IMG/VR virus record: IMGVR_UViG_3300031992_004562
Location: 1-64,000 of that record
Direction: 5' to 3' (one strand)
DNA length: 64,000 nucleotides
From: a virus
Lineage: Duplodnaviria > Caudoviricetes
How positions within the stretch are numbered: position 1 is the stretch's first letter; every line of letters starts with the position of its first letter. The notes beneath the pieces are model-generated. The model was not told the DNA's origin. It made no database searches and saw nothing but the letters and a program-made list of their open reading frames with translations. The position numbers and the translations under genes were made by a program. This document shows positions 56,943 through 64,000 of the stretch, one piece after another.

Positions 56943-57134
56943 ATGAGCGTAAAAATTTTAAATAAAAAACCAGGATATAATGCTAAAACATGCAGCCAAT
57001 GTGGTACAGTATTTAGTTATAATGATAATGATATTCAAACTGAATACTATGACGTAGCTGCCTGGTGGGGAGACGACCCTTATAGTTATTACATTAAATG
57101 TCCAAAATGTGGACATAAAATTCAATTAGGATAA
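56943..57134 (+). CDS. small Zn-ribbon protein
   Basis: CSQCG...CPKCG. Confidence 0.7.
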   Translation: MSVKILNKKPGYNAKTCSQCGTVFSYNDNDIQTEYYDVAAWWGDDPYSYYIKCPKCGHKIQLG

Positions 57135-57135
57135 T

Positions 57136-57594
57136 ATGAAAATTTTAGATCAATATGAATATTACAAGTTTCTTAAAATAAAAAGAAAATATTATAAGAG
57201 ACATTGCATAAAAAGAATAGATCATTTTAATGGTAAACGATTTGTTTCTTATTGGGAAAAAGAAGATTGGATTGGTTATGTAATTCCATCTTATTTATCA
57301 TATACATTAGATAAATCTATTGCTAAAGAAGTAAAATGTGTAATTGGTTCAGAATTTTATGATAGTACTTTAGATACAGTAAAAGATTTATATGACAATA
57401 TTTGGAAACAATATAAATTTTATTATGATAATCCTGTAACAAATGAAAGAAATGAATATATAGGATATTTTATTGGAGTTATATTAACTAATAGAGATGC
57501 ATATTTCTTAGCTAGTGATAAACAATATTCTAAAAATAAAAATGATTATCAATTAGTTCCAATGTGGTGGAACGTAAAAGAACTAAATGAATAA
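57136..57594 (+). CDS. hypothetical protein
   Basis: 152-aa ORF. Confidence 0.7.
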   Translation: MKILDQYEYYKFLKIKRKYYKRHCIKRIDHFNGKRFVSYWEKEDWIGYVIPSYLSYTLDKSIAKEVKCVIGSEFYDSTLDTVKDLYDNIWKQYKFYYDNPVTNERNEYIGYFIGVILTNRDAYFLASDKQYSKNKNDYQLVPMWWNVKELNE

Positions 57595-57641
57595 TATACG
57601 CTGATAACAAATAAAATAAATATAAAAATAAATTTTATATC

Positions 57642-58202
57642 ATGGAAGAAAAACAAATATATCAATTATCAAGAAAAGCAATAGAACCTATTATTGGAGT
57701 TATTGCCGAAAAATTATTTGGTGTTGAATTAGAACAAACTTCTGATGCAGAAGATAAAGCGTATAAAATAGATTTAAAAACAAATGATTTAAGTTTTAAT
57801 ATACAAGTTAAAACTAAAAAAACTATCAATAATCATTATTACTATAAATCTGAAAAAGAAATCGAAAATAATACATATATTGCATTTTTAAAGGCTCCTA
57901 TTAATGATGATATCATTGATTCATTAGGCTTGTTATATAATAAAAATGCAATTAAAAAGTACTTATTAGATAATCCAACAATATATTTTGTTGATACTGA
58001 ATACCTTAAAATGCTTGTAAATGAAGAAGAAGTTGAATATAAAAAACAATATAATGAATTTTGGATAAAAGATTTTAATAATATTGAACATTATTATGAT
58101 ACTGAATATTATAAAACAACAAATGAACCATATGTAACAGAATATAAAATAACAAATGAAGATTTGAATATTTTAGATTTAACATATACACATATGAGAT
58201 AA
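57642..58202 (+). CDS. putative PD-(D/E)XK nuclease
   Basis: G.IAE...EDKAYKIDL...IQVKT. Confidence 0.55.
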   Translation: MEEKQIYQLSRKAIEPIIGVIAEKLFGVELEQTSDAEDKAYKIDLKTNDLSFNIQVKTKKTINNHYYYKSEKEIENNTYIAFLKAPINDDIIDSLGLLYNKNAIKKYLLDNPTIYFVDTEYLKMLVNEEEVEYKKQYNEFWIKDFNNIEHYYDTEYYKTTNEPYVTEYKITNEDLNILDLTYTHMR

Positions 58203-58284
58203 TGAGGAAAACATTTTCCTCATTATTTTTTTAAACTTTGTTGTTAGTATTTAATAAAATTAATTAAACTAATGAATTATTAAT

Positions 58285-58812
58285 ATGGATAAAGATGACG
58301 AAATTTTTTATAATCCTGACAAAGCAGGAGAAATATTTACTAAGCCTCATATAGTAAATTATGAAACTGTTCATCTTAAAGGCGATTTATTTCATTATGA
58401 TAAACCATTCTGTGGAAGAGTATATGATAAAAATGCAATGAAGCGTGCAATTAATAAATTTAGAAAACAATTAAAGATGGGTGAATTAAATCATAAACCA
58501 ATGTTTGGTAGTTTTAATAAAGATGCTAAAACCATTGAGGATTTTATAGGTACTGCTTTTGATGTTGGTCTTGAACATATTTCCCATAGAATTAATGATG
58601 TATATAATAAAGGTGATAAAGCATATGTAGATTTAGATATTTTAAATACACCTGCAGGTGATGATATTAAAAAATTATTAGATGCTGGTATGAAATTACA
58701 TGCATCACCTGAACTTATTGTAAATGGAGATAAAGTTATACAATTGGTTTCTATTGGTCTTTATCCAGATACAATAAATAATCAAAATTTACCACCATTA
58801 GAAAAAGTATGA
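58285..58812 (+). CDS. T4 gp21-like prohead protease paralog, degenerate
   Basis: GRVY, MGELNH, LEHISHRI and ILNTPAG..IKKLLDAG; GVSSRG is replaced by HASPEL. Confidence 0.75.
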   Translation: MDKDDEIFYNPDKAGEIFTKPHIVNYETVHLKGDLFHYDKPFCGRVYDKNAMKRAINKFRKQLKMGELNHKPMFGSFNKDAKTIEDFIGTAFDVGLEHISHRINDVYNKGDKAYVDLDILNTPAGDDIKKLLDAGMKLHASPELIVNGDKVIQLVSIGLYPDTINNQNLPPLEKV

Positions 58813-59123
58813 GTAAACAAAAAGAATATATACCAGCATATATGTACAAAGATCAAATCTGGAAAGTATATGATAATGGGAAAGAAGAAATGATATGGGA
58901 AAATTCACTACGAGAAGATAGTTGGGGAAGTGATAGTGCACCAGATTCCGAATATAATAAAATGATGGAGCTTGAAAGAGAAACAGATTTTTGGAAGGAA
59001 TGGGAAGATTTGGACTGGTGGTTTGAACATAGAACCATTAGAGTATCGATGAAAGGAAAAGATAAAGGTAAAGAACAAGTAATTAAATATGAATCTTTAT
59101 TAATAGAATTTGCAAATACATAA
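58809..59123 (+). CDS. hypothetical protein
   Basis: 104-aa ORF with ATGA overlap. Confidence 0.65.
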   Translation: MSKQKEYIPAYMYKDQIWKVYDNGKEEMIWENSLREDSWGSDSAPDSEYNKMMELERETDFWKEWEDLDWWFEHRTIRVSMKGKDKGKEQVIKYESLLIEFANT

Positions 59124-59137
59124 AATAAAAATGAGAG

Positions 59138-59695
59138 TTAATTAAACTCCCATTTTTTTAATTCTGGATTTTCAAAATATCCAATTTCATGTGTATAATA
59201 AAATTTAACTAAATCACAATGCATTATTCCTTTACATAATGTAGCAGAATATTCATCAATATCACCATTTGGCATTTTAATTTTATCTGACATATAAATT
59301 AGTAAAGGATACTTATTTAAATAATCAATAATAGTTTTTAAATCTTCTGATGATAAATCATTAATATGAATTTTCCCACCAATTTCTGTACCATTTTTAT
59401 CACGTTTCATATAAACAATTGATTTTTCCTCGGTGCAAAATGCAATAACGTTATTGTCATTCATAAAATTTTTAATCCAATCTGGTTCATTAATCCATAA
59501 ACGTTTAATACAACGCTTATTTAGCAAATAATCCATAAAATTGGATAATAAAATTCTAGAATTATTAACAGCCCATATATCATTTAAATTAGATATATCA
59601 TATTCAAATGACTTTTGAGATGGTGTAATTAATTTAACCACACCATTTATTGTATCTGTAATATTATTTGCAAACTGTTTAAATACATTTACCAT
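59138..59695 (-). CDS. hypothetical protein
   Basis: 185-aa ORF with a middle-type promoter at 59700-59727. Confidence 0.7.
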   Translation of the reverse strand: MVNVFKQFANNITDTINGVVKLITPSQKSFEYDISNLNDIWAVNNSRILLSNFMDYLLNKRCIKRLWINEPDWIKNFMNDNNVIAFCTEEKSIVYMKRDKNGTEIGGKIHINDLSSEDLKTIIDYLNKYPLLIYMSDKIKMPNGDIDEYSATLCKGIMHCDLVKFYYTHEIGYFENPELKKWEFN

Positions 59696-59699
59696 ATTA

Positions 59700-59759
59700 A
59701 TTATAAATTAAATAAAGATAAAAGTTTCATAAAAACTTATGTTGCATTTTAACTATAAT
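59700..59759. promoter_or_regulatory. divergent pair of middle-type promoters
   Basis: Minus strand AAAC-N18-TATAAT (59727 to 59700) and plus strand AAAC-N17-TATAAT (59733 to 59759). Confidence 0.7.
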
Positions 59760-59783
59760 TTATAAAATAGGTTTAGTAAAGAT

Positions 59784-61205
59784 ATGCCAATTAGAAGAAA
59801 GTTAAATAATTTAGATGCAAGTTATAAAGTAAGTACTGGAAACAAAATTACCAGAACAATTACTGATTTTTTAAATACTGAATATAGAGAATATTCAAAT
59901 TATGTTATATCTACACGTGCTCTTCCATCATTATGGGATGGAATGAAAGTTGGCGGTAGAAAAATTCTTTATTCAGCATTTGTTGGTGGTTTAAAAGATG
60001 GTTCAGAAAAGAAGCTTTTGAACTTAATTGGTGATGTTTATAATAAAACATTATATGCTCATGGCGATGCATCACTTATAGGTGCATCTTTGACACTTGG
60101 TTCATATTATTCAGATAATTTAAATCCAATTGAGATTGTTGGCCAAGGCGGCAGTTTAAGAAATTCACAAGCAGCCGCAGCTCGTTATCTTTATTGCAAA
60201 TTATCTAAATATGCAAAGCTTCTTTATAAGGTTGATGAGGATCTTCTCCAATATGTTTTTGATGAAGGTGAGTATCTTGAGCCTGAACATTTCCTTCCAA
60301 TAATTCCACTTGTTTTAACTGCAAGAACAGAGGGATTGGCACCAGGATATAAATTTTCTTCATTTTCATATAATCCAATAGATATAATAGATGGGTGCAC
60401 AGAAGTGATTAAGAATGGCCATCTAGAGAAAACTATTATTAGACCATATGTTAGAGGAATCAAACAAGATAAATTTGGTTTCGATAAAGATTCTAATAAA
60501 TGGTATAATGTTGGTGAATGGTCAATAGATGAAAAAAATGATATTTTAAGAATTACTGATCTTCCATATGATGTTCAATTTGATAAGTTTGAAAAGAAAT
60601 TGAATTCATATATTGAAAATGGATATATCAAAGAATGGAAGAACTTTTCACATGATAATGATTTAGATTATAGAATTTTATTTGATAAATCTAAATTAGC
60701 AAGAGAAGCTCAACCAGATAAAAAGGAACAATTGCTTAAGAAGTTTATGCTTCAAACAAATATTCCAAATGATTTATTATATGTTTTGGATGAAAATAAA
60801 AAAGTTAAGCATTTTCAAACTAAAGAAGATTTATTAGAGCATTTTGTTAAAATTCGTTTAGAGAAATATAATGATCGCAAAGATAGATTAGTATCAGTAA
60901 AAGAAAAACAACTGGAAGAAAATTCTAATTTATGCAAATTCATTGAACTTGTAACATCTGGAAAATTAGTTCTTAATAATAGAAAAATGGCAGATGTTAA
61001 AAAAGATTTAGATGCACATAAACTTCCATATAATGTATTAACAATTCAAGTTTCAAAATTAACTCAAGAAGAAAAGGAAGAAATTCTTAAAAAGAATAAA
61101 GAGATAGAACAAGAACTTGAATATATTAAGAATACTACAATTGAACAAATGTATCTTGATGATTTAAAGAATTTAAAAAAAGAACTTATTAAAGATTTTG
61201 AATAA
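59784..61205 (+). CDS. type II DNA topoisomerase, breakage-reunion subunit (T4 gp52-like)
   Basis: RALPSLWDGMK..RKIL, YAHGD, AAARY (catalytic Tyr), EPE.FLPIIP and ITDLP. Confidence 0.95.
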   Translation: MPIRRKLNNLDASYKVSTGNKITRTITDFLNTEYREYSNYVISTRALPSLWDGMKVGGRKILYSAFVGGLKDGSEKKLLNLIGDVYNKTLYAHGDASLIGASLTLGSYYSDNLNPIEIVGQGGSLRNSQAAAARYLYCKLSKYAKLLYKVDEDLLQYVFDEGEYLEPEHFLPIIPLVLTARTEGLAPGYKFSSFSYNPIDIIDGCTEVIKNGHLEKTIIRPYVRGIKQDKFGFDKDSNKWYNVGEWSIDEKNDILRITDLPYDVQFDKFEKKLNSYIENGYIKEWKNFSHDNDLDYRILFDKSKLAREAQPDKKEQLLKKFMLQTNIPNDLLYVLDENKKVKHFQTKEDLLEHFVKIRLEKYNDRKDRLVSVKEKQLEENSNLCKFIELVTSGKLVLNNRKMADVKKDLDAHKLPYNVLTIQVSKLTQEEKEEILKKNKEIEQELEYIKNTTIEQMYLDDLKNLKKELIKDFE

Positions 61206-61232
61206 TTGTAACAAAAACAAATATAAATGAAT

Positions 61233-61799
61233 ATGAGACCAATAGATGAAGTATTAAAACAAGAACCAACTTTTAGCTTAGATTAGGAACAAGTTGAAGC
61301 AATTTGTGATTCTATTCATGGGAAACTAATTGATAATCTTATGCCTAAATTAAAAGAAGAGGTTATAGAAGAAGTTAAAGATTATTTAATAAAAGACTTT
61401 GCAAATGGTGTTCAAAAATGGGTTTGTGAAGAATTTGCGCCAGAAGTACAAAATTGGGTAGTTAATGAATTTTCTCCAGAAATTGAAAAATGGGCAAAAG
61501 ATTATATGAATGATAAGCGTACTCAATTACATATTAAAGATTTTTGTGTAAATGATGATGATAGATGTGGACAATGTGTAACAACTGAAGAAATAGAGGA
61601 TCCTATTAGAAAAATGGGAACTGTAGAACCAGAATGGAATGATGAGAAACATTTAATTACTAAAGCTGGTAGTATTCAAGATGATGCACTTGCATTTATT
61701 TATGGTGCCATTAAGAAATATGGTCAAAAGCCAGAATTATTTAATGATTTAAAAGAATATATTATTAAAGAAGCAAATTATATTGGAAAAATAATATGA
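61233..61799 (+). CDS. helical-repeat protein, possibly related to prohead core scaffold (one TAG)
   Basis: 11-aa repeats VQKWVCEEFAP/EVQNWVVNEFSP/EIEKW; start at 61227 or 61233 by read-through. Confidence 0.55.
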
Positions 61800-62155
61800 A
61801 CTGGAAATACGATAAACATAATTGGTATATATCATGGTATAATTTGGATAATTTACCAGAAGATAGTTATGAGAAAACATTTGCTCGTAAAGATATAACA
61901 GATAAAGGTGATAAAGATTGGAGAAAAATATTTAATTTTAGATATAAAGTTAAAGACTATATGCAAGATGGATATATGGAATCTGAATATGTCGGTTTGC
62001 AATATGTAAATGATTATGCAGAAACATCTTTAACTTGGATTGGAAGATATAAGATTTATAGATTATTTTTTAGAGATTCCTTTAGTTATCGTGATAAAGG
62101 CAAATGGTGTTTAAAATATAAATCATGGAGAAATGACCACGTATGTGGTGGATAA
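61796..62155 (+). CDS. hypothetical protein
   Basis: 119-aa ORF. Confidence 0.65.
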   Translation: MNWKYDKHNWYISWYNLDNLPEDSYEKTFARKDITDKGDKDWRKIFNFRYKVKDYMQDGYMESEYVGLQYVNDYAETSLTWIGRYKIYRLFFRDSFSYRDKGKWCLKYKSWRNDHVCGG

Positions 62156-62172
62156 AATAATTATGTTTAATT

Positions 62173-63048
62173 ATGGAAAAATAGATATTTGAAGAATTAT
62201 CAATATCAGATGAAATAAAATTAGAAGCTGAAAATTTAGCAAAAGTTATATTAACTGATTCTAAATTAAATGCTTATATTATTAAAAGAAATGGATTTAA
62301 TAATATATTAAAACACGAATTTGTTATTAAATTATTTGGTGTTGATTATAACATAATTTATTACATATATAGTATTGATAATATTTCAGAATTAGATATT
62401 AAATTATATAAAAACCTCATATCAATAACAAAAAATAATGAAAATGAAATATTATTAAATCTTTTGTTTGTTTCAAATAATCCAGATAAAGAATATTTTT
62501 ATAGTTCAATTTATCATGAATTAACACATGTATATCAATATATTAAATCTAAAAATGATGTTTTAAAAAATATAAAAATAAAAAATTTATATAATCTTAT
62601 TAAAGATATTAAAAATAATAGTCAATCTGAATTAGATATATTATTTACAAATGCTATATATGCATGTTTTGATTTTGAACAAGATGCTTTACTTCATGAA
62701 ACATATTGTGAATATATGAAATCATATCAAATATATCACCTTAATTTTGATATAGAAGATTCTAATGCATATAAATTTATAGAAGATTTAAGAAATGCGA
62801 TTAATAATATAGATAAATTAGATGAAAAACTATTTAAAAATTCACAAGATTTTTATTTAAATTTGTTCACCAAAAAACTTAAAAGATTTGAAACTAAATT
62901 TGGAAAACTTATAATAAAAATCAAAAAAGATTTTTATGAAAATCATTTAAATGAGGGTTTGCTGCCTGGAAATTTTAGAGCAATTTCATTAATAATAAAA
63001 GATGATAGTAATGAAATTAATAATTATATAGATGATGAAATATTTTAA
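62173..63048 (+). CDS. HExxH zincin-like metallopeptidase (TAG at codon 4, 291 aa)
   Basis: SIYHELTHVYQ...FEQDA; N-terminus MEKQIFEE. Confidence 0.65.
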
Positions 63049-63060
63049 AAAAGGTTCTAA

Positions 63061-63999
63061 TTACTTAGAACCTTTTTCAATTTCTTCACGATTTGCATTG
63101 TACCATTCATTGAACTTGTAATATTCATCAATTCCAACTTGGTGAATTGCTGCATCAAGTTCTGCATAATCACAATGCTTAATCTTTACAATAATTCGTT
63201 TTCCACGAGGATCCTTAATAGGAACAATAGGACGTGCTACAATACCTTCCTCAAGATAATCGGGATTTGATGGGCAAGGAACACGGGTCTTAAAGCCCTT
63301 ACGAACCATTGCTTCTGCTTGGTCGATTGTCATTTGGCCAATATAAGGTGCCCAAGGCAATTCAAGCTTTACGCAGTAATCCATCATCATATCCTTTGGT
63401 ACATACCAGCCTTGTACACAGATATCAAATACAGCGAAACGGTTATTATCCTTGTCATAGTTGCCACCAGCCTGGATTTTCTTACCATAGAATTCACCGT
63501 AAATATATACTGGTGCCTCCTCATATTCAACTACGTACACGCCTTCATGCGTTGATTTATCAATTGGCTCATTTGGACGATAACCTTCAGCTACATCAAA
63601 TTCATACATAACCGGAAGATTCTTATCATTCATTTTTGGTACAAACTTAGCAGACGATGCAGGGAACAATTGTGCCAAAGTAGGCTTAATTCGTTCAATA
63701 ATTGCATCAATGAAAGCCTTTTGTCCAGTACCAATAATATTAGCATTATCAGTTTTACCAGAACAGAAACATTCACCAGTAGAAGGATAGTACACAATCT
63801 TAGTGTTAGTGCCATCAATCTTAGAGAAGCAATCATACATCAAATCCTTGATATATGCCATATGTTCATCAGAGTAATCACCCATGATGATTTTGTTTTG
63901 GAACACCTTCCATACTGGATTAGGAAGAGTTACTTTACCAAGGTTTTGATAACGCTTGTACAGCGTGTTAATTTTTGTGTAAGTTTGAGTTTTTGTCAT
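63061..63999 (-). CDS. RNA ligase, Rnl2 family
   Basis: Nucleotidyltransferase motifs KIDGTN, YGEFYG, FAVFDI, EGIVARP and IVKIK. Confidence 0.88.
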   Translation of the reverse strand: MTKTQTYTKINTLYKRYQNLGKVTLPNPVWKVFQNKIIMGDYSDEHMAYIKDLMYDCFSKIDGTNTKIVYYPSTGECFCSGKTDNANIIGTGQKAFIDAIIERIKPTLAQLFPASSAKFVPKMNDKNLPVMYEFDVAEGYRPNEPIDKSTHEGVYVVEYEEAPVYIYGEFYGKKIQAGGNYDKDNNRFAVFDICVQGWYVPKDMMMDYCVKLELPWAPYIGQMTIDQAEAMVRKGFKTRVPCPSNPDYLEEGIVARPIVPIKDPRGKRIIVKIKHCDYAELDAAIHQVGIDEYYKFNEWYNANREEIEKGSK

Positions 64000-64000
64000 A

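Noticed and set aside
46372-61205. Separation of the topoisomerase subunits by 11.5 kb as a novelty
   Set aside because: Unlinked topo II subunit genes are normal in T4-like phages.
63309-63836. Overlapping ORF-track entries on the opposite strand or alternate frames (also e.g. 1850-2881, 10160, 20463-21100, 46428, 60224)
   Set aside because: Shadow ORFs of well-supported genes, with no motifs or promoters.
1-64000. Suppressor tRNA(CUA), reverse transcriptase, group I introns
   Set aside because: No cloverleaf/TTCGA arm, no YxDD RT ORF and no interrupted conserved genes were seen in this window.

Overview
Very AT-rich segment of a T4-like jumbo/megaphage of a Bacteroidota host, most consistent with a Lak-type (Prevotella) megaphage. 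TAG is read as a sense codon (code 15; Gln by established knowledge of Lak phages). Many ORF-track fragments end in TAG and fuse in frame into long genes of up to about 1,929 aa. Recognisable genes: ExoIII, a PD-(D/E)XK exonuclease, T4 gp2-like end protector, RuvC-like resolvase, UvsW-like helicase, ECF-type sigma factor, both type II topoisomerase subunits, UDP-galactopyranose mutase with a glycosyltransferase, ThyX, a degenerate gp21-like protease, an Rnl2 RNA ligase and tail-fibre-like proteins. Three promoter classes are visible (host-type early, AAAC-N17/18-TATAAT putative middle, ATAAATA putative late), and TAG use largely tracks the late class. Main observations: (1) a family of CLec-fold proteins with a shared N-terminal leader, one ending in a segment with the codon signature of a diversity-generating retroelement variable region; (2) two TAG-rich TnpB-like genes with conserved 3' structures, with no transposase beside the complete copy; (3) a phage-encoded type IX secretion cargo whose secretion signal lies behind a single TAG, plus two PIGD-type sorting-signal proteins; (4) candidate anti-defence proteins (tandem DUF3696-like decoy, Acb4-like sponge). 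No tRNA, CRISPR array or reverse transcriptase was seen. Family assignments are from motif recognition by eye, not database searches.
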